This document shows, piece after piece, positions 32,599 through 42,900 of a stretch of 64,000 nt of DNA. The stretch is from Porphyridium purpureum (taxonomy: Eukaryota). How positions within the stretch are numbered: the stretch's first letter is position 1; every line of letters starts with the position of its first letter. Location: assembly GCA_008690995.1 (NCBI GenBank), contig VRMN01000010.1:434001-498000 (forward strand), given 5' to 3'. The notes under the pieces were generated by a model. That model was given only the letters and a program-made list of their open reading frames with translations, was not told the origin of the DNA and did not search any database. A program made the translations under genes and the position numbers.

Positions 32599-33867
32599 AT
32601 GCCGCCTACGCCTGAAGCCAATGGAAGCGGGGTTGGAGGGGACGGAGGAGCCGACGGCGTGATGCACGCGCCACTGGAGCTCGCACCGGAAAACGTGTTT
32701 GCCCACACGGTGCTGTACAATGAGAGATGCACAAAAGGGTGGACAAATGTGTACGACCGTCCCGTCGAGTACACCGTGGAAATGTACCATGGGCTGTTGG
32801 ACGTCGAGAACAGCGTGCTCGCCACTCGGTACATGCCGGAAGGCGGCATGCGACGCCGCTTCTTGGTGGTGGACAAGACGGTGCATGAGCTTTATGGCGA
32901 CGCCATTGCGCGCTATTTCGCACATCACAAGGTGCAAATCAAAGTCGTGGTGCTGCCCGGCGAGGAGGAGAATAAGCACTTGGATGCCGTCATGCAGGTA
33001 TTGGACGCGCTGTGCGAGTTTGGATTGCATCGGCGCGAGCCTATTCTGGCAATTGGCGGCGGCGTCGTGTTGGACATCACGGGTTTTGTCGCAAGCATGT
33101 ACCGCCGTGGCGTGCCGTACATCCGCGTGCCCACAACATTGCTCGGCATTGTAGACGCCTCCGTCGGGGTCAAGACCGGCGTTGACTACAAGTCGCCGCG
33201 GGATGGTACTCCGCTTAAAAACCGGGTGGGTGCGTTCTATGCGCCGATCGCGGCATTCCTGGACAAGCGCTTCATTGCGACGCAGGATACGCGCAATGTC
33301 ATCAATGGGCTTGGCGAGATCATGAAGCTCGCTCTGGTGCGTTCGCCAGAGCTTTTTGGGCTGATTGAGAAGCACGGCGCGCGCCTGGTGAAAGAGCGCT
33401 TTCAATCAGACGACGGCGTCGCGGACCGCGTGATTGAGATCTCCATTCAGACCATGCTCGAGGAGCTCGGACCCAACCTGTGGGAGTTCAAGCTCGAGCG
33501 TTGCGTAGACTATGGCCACTCGTTCTCGAAAATTATCGAGTTCGAGTCGGCACCGCCGCTGATGCACGGCGAAGCCGTGAATGTAGACGGATTTTTTTGC
33601 GTTGTACTTTCGCTTATGCGCGGCTGGATCTCAGAGCCGCTGTGCCTCCGAATCTTGGCCGTCATGCGCCAGCTCGGTCTGCCCGTTTTTGACGCGAGCA
33701 TGACGCTCCCCAACCTTGCGCGAGCTTGTTCCGACGCCCTCGAGCACCGCCATGGACAGCTCCGCATGCCGCTTGTCCGAAACGCCATTGGCGAGTACGG
33801 CTTTGTTAATGAGCTGTCCGAAGACGAACTCGAGAGGGCCATTGCTTGGATCCGGACCCATCTATAA
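32599..33867 (+). CDS. Sedoheptulose 7-phosphate cyclase, 2-epi-5-epi-valiolone synthase (EEVS) type
   Basis: DHQS-fold motifs AIGGGVVLD, RVPTTLL..VDASVG.KTG, KNRVG.FY.P and HGEAV; diagnostic MLEELGPNLWE..ERCVDYGHSFS; alternative ATG at 32662. Confidence 0.88.
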   Translation: MPPTPEANGSGVGGDGGADGVMHAPLELAPENVFAHTVLYNERCTKGWTNVYDRPVEYTVEMYHGLLDVENSVLATRYMPEGGMRRRFLVVDKTVHELYGDAIARYFAHHKVQIKVVVLPGEEENKHLDAVMQVLDALCEFGLHRREPILAIGGGVVLDITGFVASMYRRGVPYIRVPTTLLGIVDASVGVKTGVDYKSPRDGTPLKNRVGAFYAPIAAFLDKRFIATQDTRNVINGLGEIMKLALVRSPELFGLIEKHGARLVKERFQSDDGVADRVIEISIQTMLEELGPNLWEFKLERCVDYGHSFSKIIEFESAPPLMHGEAVNVDGFFCVVLSLMRGWISEPLCLRILAVMRQLGLPVFDASMTLPNLARACSDALEHRHGQLRMPLVRNAIGEYGFVNELSEDELERAIAWIRTHL

Positions 33868-33910
33868 AGAAGGAAATTTTTTTTGGCACTCTTGGCGAGC
33901 CCCGAGTGTG

Positions 33911-34826
33911 ATGTTCATCTCGACCGCGCTCTGTGTTCCCGCAGCTCGACGAACATCTGCTGCGGCGCGTGCCCAAACCCGTGGCAAAGTTGCGGCGGCA
34001 AAGCGAAACGGTGCTCTTCGGACAAGCTCAACCACTGTTCGCAAGATAACCATGGCGGGGTCAGCAGGGAAGGAGATGGCGTCGGGTTTCCGGCGCAGAG
34101 AAGCCGGTGGTTTTATATGTCAAAGCCTCAACTCTAGATAGCACCGCGCTGGGCGACTGCCCATTTAGTCACAAGGTGGGCATGGCGCTTGCGCTTAAGA
34201 AGGTGGATTATCAGCGCGTTCTGATTGACACGGCGAACAAGCCGGACTGGTATATGCGAGACGTGAACCCGCACGGTACCGTGCCGACCTTGCAAGTGCG
34301 TGCTGGTCCGGGCCGCGGCGACGGCGTGATTATTACAGACTCGGAGCAAGCGTGTGCTTTTATCGACGACAAGGCGCACAGTGTGCAACTCGGGTTTGCG
34401 GAAGAAATCGTGCCAGAGCTGGCTCCAAAAAACCTGGACGAGCACCAAAAGCAGCGTCTGAATGATGTAATCGGCGGTGTCTTTCCGGCGTTTGCTGCGT
34501 GCGTCAAAAATACGGAAGAAGCGAAAGTGGACGAGCTGGCCGTCGTGCTGGAATCCAAATTAACCGCCCTGAATGACTACTTGGTGGAGAACAAGCCCAG
34601 TATGTTTCTGTGCGGTGATACGCCAACTACACATGACTGCAATTTGGCGCCCAAGTTATACCATCTGCGCGTCGTGGGAAGCCACTTGCCCGCGAAAAAG
34701 ATCCGGATTCCCGAAAAGTGCGCGGCTCTGTCACAATACATCCGCGACATCGAGGCTCACCCGGCGTTCCAGGAAACCTGCTATCCGGAAGCTGTCGTCA
34801 TGGCCGGCTGGTCAAAGTTTCTCTGA
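33911..34826 (+). CDS. DHAR: Dehydroascorbate reductase (GST/CLIC-DHAR class) with transit peptide; apparent 1-nt frameshift near 34087
   Basis: LGDCPFS, KPDWY..NP.G.VP and DCNLAPKLYHL..GW in ORF 34107..34826; the ATG-bearing leader is in another frame. Confidence 0.82.
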
Positions 34827-35523
34827 GAGATGCATCTGAAATGCAGACGCAATCTACACGCAGAATGCGGCGCGGAACTCGGCGTGCAGCTAGACAGCGT
34901 TGCACGCGCGTGTAATGTCTTCCTCAGCCCCAGATATGCAGACAAATCATGTGCTGTCTGCACGTTCCTTATCATTGATAAATGGACCATTCTCTTGAGC
35001 ACACGGAGCCAGGAGATCTGCGGCGCTGCCTGCGATCACAGAGTGAGCACTTGAATGTGCTTGGGCGATTCTGGACGGATGCGCAGCGACCTAGCAAGGA
35101 CTCATGGTCATGTTGGCCCTACCTTTTTCTCCAGTTCCGGGAATTCTGCAAACACGAGGACTATCTGCATTGTGTTAGACTTGCGCTGAGCTGTCACATG
35201 TATCGAAGCATACTCAGCAGCGACAGTAGAAGCGGCTGCTGCAGCTGTCGACGCCCCACATCACATCCATCCGTAGCACCTATGCCTAGTCATCTCTGAA
35301 AACAACCACTTAAATAGGAACCTTCGGACTCGCACGCGGCGTTTCGCACGACAAGCAAGTCGCCGGCGCCGTGTCTGCTTGTCGTCGTCAAGACGGCGCT
35401 CATCCTCAGGTCAAATCTACGCAGCTCGGTGCTGCTTGCCCACGAGTTGGCCTCAGCTTGTCCTTCGCTGGGCCTGCCTCGATCGAGAGTCGGTGTGGCT
35501 GCTTTCGGCCGAGGGAAGACCCC

Positions 35524-35970
35524 ATGGCCGCGCCTGTGGTTCGCGTAGGGATCGGAATACTGCTCGTGCGTGCCAGTGACAATCGCGTTCTGATCGGGCA
35601 GCGACTGAGCGCGCACGGACACGGTACATTTGCGTTGCCTGGTGGACACTTGGAGGTGGGCGAGTCATTCGAGCGCTGCGCGGCACGCGAGCTCGAGGAG
35701 GAAACTGGCATCGTGGTGCCAGACTCGGCGTTCCGGGTGAGCAGTGTGGTCAACTCGGTCTTTTCTGCTGAGAAGCATTACGTGACGGTGTTCATGAAGG
35801 CACGGGTGGATGAGCAGTACGCACACGCGCAAACCCTTGAACCAAACAAGTGCAGCGGCTGGCTGTGGGCTGACTGGGCAGAGCTGACGACGCTCAAAGC
35901 ATACACGCCGCTCTTCTTACCGCTTCAGACGCTCGTCGAAAAATCCCTAGCCGGCGAGTTCTTGTTGTGA
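35524..35970 (+). CDS. Nudix hydrolase (NUDT15/AtNUDX1-like)
   Basis: RVGIG..GTFALPGGHLEVGESFERCAARELEEETG, HYVTVFM and EPNKC.GW.W. Confidence 0.92.
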   Translation: MAAPVVRVGIGILLVRASDNRVLIGQRLSAHGHGTFALPGGHLEVGESFERCAARELEEETGIVVPDSAFRVSSVVNSVFSAEKHYVTVFMKARVDEQYAHAQTLEPNKCSGWLWADWAELTTLKAYTPLFLPLQTLVEKSLAGEFLL

Positions 35971-36002
35971 ACGCATTGGAAGGGAATATATGCATTCGGA
36001 AG

Positions 36003-37202
36003 ATGAAGACAAACGATATCCTTGCACACGTTCTTGCGTGTCTAGAGCAGTACATCTGCCGCGCCCTGGAGAAAGCCTTGGGCACACAGTACATGGAAAT
36101 GCAACTGCGCAAGTTTGTGAAGGCCAGACACATGACGTTTGGGGAAGCGCGCGCTCTGATTCAACAATGTTATCGCTCCGTGTTCTCGGACACGCCTCTG
36201 CGAGACGCAACATCAGAGTCAAACGACAGAAACATGGGATCGGAAAAGGTGCTCGATCGCCTAGCCAGGCGGGAACGCAGCGGTGGGGCTACGAGCTGTG
36301 CTGAGGACTTCGCGGGTATGCTCGCTGATTGCACCGAATTACTCCTGCTCACACGGAGGGACGATGTCGTCGTCGAAATCAATAGATCTGTATCATCACT
36401 TGTCGCTGCACCGGAGCAGCAACCGCCAGCACCGTTGCTGGTCGAAGCGTTGCCTCTCGCGGCTTTCGCACCCGAGGGAGGAAACACCTCACATGTCGCC
36501 GATTTGGTCGCACATTGGGTTGGTGCGGCAGACGATGACGCGATGGAGGTCGAGCACACGTCAAGCGATCACGCTGTAGTGAGCCGCGAGCCCACTCATG
36601 TGAATGGATCAAGCTTACAGGTTCCATACGGCGGTCTTGGAGATTTAGCCAAGATCTTTGCGTCGATCGATAGCCCTGCTTCGTGGTCGCACAAGTTGGT
36701 CATTCTGGATGGTCCGAATGTAGCTTGGAAGCACGGCGTGAACCAGCACTTTTCGTGGCGTGGCATTGTTCTTGCGGTGGCATACTTTTTGACTCGTAAC
36801 TTTTCTTGCATCGCCTTTGTGCCTGAATCGCGACTGAACAGCGCAAGCTTTGCGTGTCCCGCCGACCGGGCATTTGTGGTGGAGCTGATGCAAGCTGGAC
36901 TCGTAGTATCGGTTCCGGCAGATGACTATGACGACGCGTACGCCATTGACTACGCGCGTCAGCACGCCGCGGTGCTGATGAGCAACGATACTTTTCGCGA
37001 CTTCTTATACCAGGCCAATAACGAATACGCAAGGAGCTTGCTTGAACAGTGGTTCGCGAATTGTCGGTGGTCCTTTTCGTGGCATCTTGATGAGCTCGTG
37101 CCGAATCCACTTTTTGACTACGAACGAGCATTCCAGTACTCTGCCGATGCGCTCGCTCGCTTAACAAACGGGATGGAAACCGTCACCTTTCCACAACGAT
37201 GA
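36003..37202 (+). CDS. Zc3h12a/Regnase-type NYN/PIN ribonuclease domain protein
   Basis: VILDGPNVAW.HG..FS.RGI..AV.YF, YDD and MSNDTFRD acidic catalytic set. Confidence 0.85.
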   Translation: MKTNDILAHVLACLEQYICRALEKALGTQYMEMQLRKFVKARHMTFGEARALIQQCYRSVFSDTPLRDATSESNDRNMGSEKVLDRLARRERSGGATSCAEDFAGMLADCTELLLLTRRDDVVVEINRSVSSLVAAPEQQPPAPLLVEALPLAAFAPEGGNTSHVADLVAHWVGAADDDAMEVEHTSSDHAVVSREPTHVNGSSLQVPYGGLGDLAKIFASIDSPASWSHKLVILDGPNVAWKHGVNQHFSWRGIVLAVAYFLTRNFSCIAFVPESRLNSASFACPADRAFVVELMQAGLVVSVPADDYDDAYAIDYARQHAAVLMSNDTFRDFLYQANNEYARSLLEQWFANCRWSFSWHLDELVPNPLFDYERAFQYSADALARLTNGMETVTFPQR

Positions 37203-37402
37203 ACGCGAGATACCGTGTTTGACGCCAACCGGCAGCCGGGTCCACCGTTTGATAGTGAAAGGGCACAGCTATCTGTTTCGCCTGCAAAAGGACCAATCGC
37301 CGTGCTCCCGAGTCGCCAGACCGCGTTCAAACGTGCTGGCCGCAGACGTTGGGTGTCCTTGACCCGCACGAGCAAACAGGTTCGCAGGAGTGGACGAGGA
37401 CA

Positions 37403-38335
37403 ATGACGAACGCTCGGTTGGAGAAGCTGATGGCCACGTCGCGCCCATGGATTACCGACGGCGGGCTTGAAACCGCGATGGTGTTCCAGGAGGGAATCGA
37501 CTTGCCCATGTTCGCGTCGTTTCATGCGTTGGAAAGCGCTCGCGGGCGCTCGGCCATGACAGCGTACTTTGATCAGTACATCGCGTTGGCCAAAGAAGTA
37601 GGGACGGGCTTTGTTTTGGACACGGCGACATGGCGGTCTGGCGCCTACTGGGCGCCGCGGGTGGTTCGCAGTGAGGCAGAAATGGAACGCGTGACGCGCG
37701 ACGCAGTGGACTTTGCCATAGCCCTGCGCGCGCAGCACGAATCCGAGACAACGCCCGTGGTCATAGCCGGCATCGTTGGTCCGGCGGGGGACGGGTATGA
37801 CCCGAACAAGCAAATGTGGAGCGCGGCGGACGCGGAAAAAGAACACATGCCCCAGGTGCGGTGGCTGGCCGAATCCGGAGTCGATTTGATAGTGACGGCA
37901 ACGTTTACGCACACAGGCGAGGCCATTGGGCTGGTGAATGCGGCGAGGGCTCAGCACATACCCGTGGTTGTGGGGTTTACGCTCGAAACGGATGGCCGGC
38001 TTCCTACGGGACAGGCACTCGACGAGGCGATCGCCGAAACCGACTCGGCGACGCAGAGCGCACCCTTGTACTACATGGTGAATTGTGCGCACCCGACGCA
38101 CTTGCCTGCGGGCATCACGCAGGTCTCGCGCATTGGTGGCTTGCGCGCCAACGCTTCGTGCATGAGCCACGCGGAGCTGGATTCTGCCGAGGAGCTCGAT
38201 CAAGGCGACCCCGAGGAATTCGGCGCGCTGTATGCCCCCCTCGTTTCCAATATGGCCCGCGTGCACGTGGTCGGAGGTTGTTGTGGTACAGATATTCGTC
38301 ACATCAGGTCCATTGCGCGCCACATTCTGAACTGA
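37403..38335 (+). CDS. Homocysteine S-methyltransferase family protein (bacterial type)
   Basis: ITDGGLET, VGPAGDGY, FTLETDGRLP, YYMVNCAHP, NASCMSHAELD and GGCCGTD (Zn-binding Cys). Confidence 0.9.
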   Translation: MTNARLEKLMATSRPWITDGGLETAMVFQEGIDLPMFASFHALESARGRSAMTAYFDQYIALAKEVGTGFVLDTATWRSGAYWAPRVVRSEAEMERVTRDAVDFAIALRAQHESETTPVVIAGIVGPAGDGYDPNKQMWSAADAEKEHMPQVRWLAESGVDLIVTATFTHTGEAIGLVNAARAQHIPVVVGFTLETDGRLPTGQALDEAIAETDSATQSAPLYYMVNCAHPTHLPAGITQVSRIGGLRANASCMSHAELDSAEELDQGDPEEFGALYAPLVSNMARVHVVGGCCGTDIRHIRSIARHILN

Positions 38336-38444
38336 AACGCAGTCTTTCGAGCGCTTGCCAGCCCATGTTCTTTGCGCTCGTGCCTTTTACATAATAAACC
38401 ACACCCAAGCGATCCGTTGTCTACCGAGCGATCCGTTCTCACTC

Positions 38445-38675
38445 TTAGTGCGCCGTCGACGAAGAGCTGATTTGCGGAGCCGCGGCGGCGGCCGTCGCAG
38501 CTGCCTCGGCCTCAGCATCCTTCTTGTACAAGTTTGTGTAATACGTATACTCCAACCCCCAATAAATCCCGAACAACACAGCGGCCGTTCCAAACCCTGT
38601 AAACATATGCTTCACATTACTACGAAAGCTCAAGGCCGGGTGCTTGCGCCATTCCTGTCGCTTGTACGCAAACAT
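38445..38675 (-). CDS. NDUFB3: NADH:ubiquinone oxidoreductase B12 subunit-like
   Basis: RQEWRKHP...HMFTGFG.AAV.F..Y single TM resembles plant-type B12. Confidence 0.75.
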   Translation of the reverse strand: MFAYKRQEWRKHPALSFRSNVKHMFTGFGTAAVLFGIYWGLEYTYYTNLYKKDAEAEAAATAAAAAPQISSSSTAH

Positions 38676-39169
38676 ACTGACTCGCCAAGGCCCTCCGCGC
38701 GTTATCTGCCTCTCCCCACGTCTCCCGTTCTCCACTCTCGCTCCTTCCTCGTCTCGACCACCTTTCTCAATCTCACCTGTCTCGTTTTCTGTAGCTTGTG
38801 GTCAACGGCTTGGCGTCAGACGGAAAGATTGTCCTCCTTGGCTTTAAGATGGTACGAGGGGAAAGGGTGTACGTTGCGATGATGTATCGCTCGCGCGCAG
38901 GTATCCACAGTGCGCTGTCCACAGCGTTCGCTCTCTCCGCACACGCTTGGGCCGAGTGTGATGCTTGAGTACTACCTACCTATCTATTCACATTGCACTG
39001 CATCTGGCCTTGTACCTACATCTCGCGTTCCTGGAATCTTTTGTCGAAGCAGAGCGAGAGCCTGCCTGGTGGCCGCTTCCTGTGTTTCGATAATAATTTA
39101 AATGCTCCGACGCCGTCGCGCATCTGCATCCGAGCACGTGGTGCCCGGCGCGTGGTGCTGAACGCGTCG

Positions 39170-39796
39170 CTAAAGTCGCGCGTGAAGCTGGGAAGAGGGT
39201 TCAATTGTGCGCGAGTTGGAGGGACCTGACGCGTATGTGGACCTGGTATTGTCTTCGGAAAGGCTGCGTTCCCCTGCTTCTACTTGCGTCGCCACTTGAA
39301 ACGGCTCATCAGATAATGTCGCCTTGCGGCCTTCGAGGCGCGGATTCTCACCACGTTGCAAGTGCTGCTTAATAAGCTGGCATGTCTGCCGTAATTCATC
39401 TTGGTCGGCGCTCTGATTATTGGGCGGCATGGTGCTTGGGCTTCGCGTACACCAGAACGCATCCCCTTGATGCCTCGGAATAATATGGATATGTGCATGT
39501 GCAACTGTCTGCCCGGCAACCTGTCCAGTATTCGCTCCCAAGTTGAACCCTTCTGCGTGCAAGGCGCGTATGACCGCTGCGGCCACACGGCGCACGCAGC
39601 GAAACACCGCCGCGGTCTCGTTTTCATCCATCTGCAGCACATTCTGCCGGTGAATGCGCGGCACCACCAACGTGTGCCCGCGCACCACCGGCCTCGCGTC
39701 CAGAAACGCTACCACCTCCCCATCTTCATACACAATGTGGCCGTCCGCGCGCCGGCGCACAATCTCGCAGAACACACACGCTCCATCCTCCTCCAT
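39170..39796 (-). CDS. HIT (histidine triad) family nucleotide hydrolase
   Basis: CVFC, AFLD.RP..RGHTLVVP and AGQTVAHAHIHIIPR. Confidence 0.92.
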   Translation of the reverse strand: MEEDGACVFCEIVRRRADGHIVYEDGEVVAFLDARPVVRGHTLVVPRIHRQNVLQMDENETAAVFRCVRRVAAAVIRALHAEGFNLGANTGQVAGQTVAHAHIHIIPRHQGDAFWCTRSPSTMPPNNQSADQDELRQTCQLIKQHLQRGENPRLEGRKATLSDEPFQVATQVEAGERSLSEDNTRSTYASGPSNSRTIEPSSQLHARL

Positions 39797-39926
39797 TCCC
39801 ACCTTTCCCTCCCTCAGTCTCAGTCTCTCTCTCGCTCGGCGCAGCAAAGACGCGTCTTGCACGACGACATGCGGGTCGACGAGAGAGGGAGGGAGCGAGA
39901 GAGAGAGATGGAACGGATGATCGAAG

Positions 39927-42900
39927 ATGAAGAAGGGTAGGAAGGAAGATGGCGGTGGTGCGATGGCCGCATATCCTAGTGGCGGCTATGGTGTGAAACG
40001 GTATGGACATGAGCTGGAACTGGTAAAGGCAATGGACACGCCGAAGAAGATTGGCGCAATCGAGTTTTCCGTGCCCCCCGCGCAGGAGATTGCTGGAGTG
40101 TCGGTGACGCAGATCTGGTCGCGAGAGTTGTACGAGCATCCGTCGAGGCAGGCGGCGAATGGGGGAGTGCTGGATGCCCGCCTGGGTGCCATTGACCGGC
40201 ACTCGGTCTGTGCGACGTGCGGGTTGAAGCTCGCGGAGTGTCTGGGTCATTTCGGACACATCGAGCTCGAGTTGCCGGCGTTCCACATCGGATATCTCAA
40301 AGTGATTATTCAAACACTGCAGATGGTCTGCAAGACATGCTCGTATCTGCTTCTCTCGCCAGAGGAGATCGACGTCGAGCTCCGAAGAGCCAAGAGGAAG
40401 GCGCTCAGTTCCACGAGTCACATCCGCGGCGCAGCCCGCAAGCGCATTTGGGCGCTGTGCCGCAAAAAGACATGCTGCCCAAATCCGCTCTGTGGGGCGC
40501 TCAACGGCACGGTGAAGAAAGTTGGCGTGATCAAGATCATCCACGTGTTTAGCAAGAAGCTGCCCAAGATGCATGCGGGGCCCGTGGCCGATCTGGGCGG
40601 AGATATCGGAAGAACTGGAGGCAATGCCCTGCCCGGGGTGCAGCCAGACACGTTTGCTGCTGCACTCAAGGCGAATCCGGACTTGGACAAACATTTGCAG
40701 AAGGTGATAGAAGACCTGGACCCGTTAAAAGTGCTCGGCATTTTTCAACGTATTCCGCGCGTCCAGCTGTGCTTGCTTGATATGGACGCTGTCGAGGGCG
40801 GACCAGAGAACCTTATTTTGCGCAACTTGCCCGTGCCACCATTGTGTGTGCGCCCATCTGTGTGCCAGGATCCTTCCATGGGTTCCACAGAAGACGACCT
40901 CACCATGAAACTCACCGAGCTCGTGCAGGTGAACGAGGTAATTCGCATGGCGCTGGCCAACGGCGCTTTGATGGGTGTTGTTATGGAGGACTGGGAATAC
41001 TTGCAGCTTGAGCTCGCGCGCTACATAAATTCTGACCTGCCGGGGTTACCCCCGGCGGGTGGACCGGCAGGCGGAAGTGGAGGCAGATCAAGCAGCCACT
41101 CCGGGAAGCCACTGCGAGGTATATCACAAAGGCTGAAGGGCAAGGCCGGTCGTTTCAGGGGCAACCTATCCGGCAAGCGCGTGGACTTTTCCGGCCGCAC
41201 GGTAATCTCGCCCGACCCAAACTTGACCGTCGAGCAAGTTGGCATCCCACTCAGGGTGGCGATGATCTTGACCTATCCCGAACGGGTGACATCGTTCAAC
41301 TTGGCGCGACTGCAACGCGCCGTGGAGAATGGTGCAGATGTTTGGCCCGGCGCCACCCAAGTAGAGCTCTTTGATGCGCAAGGTCGTTCGCAGATGAAGC
41401 GCAACCTTCGCTTTGGCAACCGCGTCAAGTTGGCCAAGGAGTTGCTGCCTGGGTGCGTCGTGGAGAGGCACTTGATTGATGGCGACTGGGTGCTCTTCAA
41501 TCGACAGCCGAGCCTGCATCGCGTCAGTATTATGGCTCATCGTGTCAAAGTGCAGGCCCAGCGTACCTTTAGGTTCAACGAGAGCGTCTGTGCACCGTAC
41601 AATGCAGACTATGACGGGGATGAGATGAACTTGCACGTGCCGCAGACTGAGGAGGCGCGTGCAGAGGCCGCCGAGCTCATGTCTGTCCTTGCCAACCTGG
41701 TCACGCCCAAATCAGGCGAGCCGCTTATTGCCGCGACGCAGGATTTTCTCACGTGTTCTCACCTTCTCAGCTGCAAGGACGTTTTTATGGACGCCGCGCA
41801 GTTCGCCCAGGCTTGCTCCTTTGTTGACGATGCTATGCCACTACCAGCACATGTTCAGCTTCCCCAGCCAAGCATTCTCAAACCCATGCGCCTCTGGACA
41901 GGTAAGCAGGTGATCAGTTTTCTTATCCAGTACGCTGCAGGTGGCCAGATCCCGGCGCAAAGACTGCGGGTTAGCGTCGCAGAGCGGACCTACACGAAAA
42001 TGAAGCACGCGCCATTTGCGACGGGCAAAGATGGAAGCGACGTCCTTAATCCGTACGCGTTTTCCCCAAGCATGGACCCCAGCGATGGATACGTGGTGGT
42101 GCGCGGCGGGAGTCTGGTTTCTGGGCGGGTGGGCAAGGCAACGATGGGCTCTGGCTCCAAAGCGGGCGTTTTCTATCATTTGTGGAAGCACTTTGGGGCT
42201 GTAGCGTCTGCACGTGCCATGCATTTTGTTTCCAAATTGGCCGCGCGGCTTCACAGCGAGCACGGGTTTAGTATAGGTGTGGATGACGTGAAACCGTCAT
42301 TGGCGTTGCGGCAGCACAAGCATGAGCTTCTTGCGCGAGGCTATGCTTCATGTGACTCTGTGATTCAACAGCGTCACGCAAACCAGCTGCAAAATCGGCC
42401 CGGATGCACGCAGGAGCAGACAATGGAGGCACTGCTCAATGCAGAATTGAGTAAAATCCGCGAGGACGCTGGGCGAAGCTGCATTCAACGTCTTGATCCG
42501 GCGACAAATGCGGCGCTGATCATGGCGCAATGCGGCTCCAAAGGTTCTACGATCAACATTTCGCAGATGGTGGCGTGCGTCGGTCAGCAGACGGTGAGCG
42601 GATCGCGTCCGCCAGACGGCTTTCAGGGCCGTTCGTTGCCACATTTTGAGCGAGGAGCGCGAGCTCGTATGCCGGACGCAAAGGGATTTGTCGAAAACTC
42701 CTTCTTCTCCGGGATGACATGTACCGAGTTTTTCTTCCACACCATGGCTGGCCGTGAAGGGCTTGTTGATACGGCGGTCAAGACGGCCGAGACGGGCTAC
42801 ATGCAGCGCCGTCTCATGAAGGCACTCGAAGATCTTGGAGTCCACTATGACGGAACTGTGCGTGCCTCAGATGGCACAGTGGTGCAGTTCACGTTTGGGG

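Noticed and set aside
32599..33867. Shikimate-pathway 3-dehydroquinate synthase
   Set aside because: It lacks the DHQS D..E.G.R..LN.GHT motif and a plastid transit peptide, and has the EEVS motif instead
37118..38323. 401-aa minus-strand ORF
   Set aside because: Antisense shadow of the homocysteine methyltransferase
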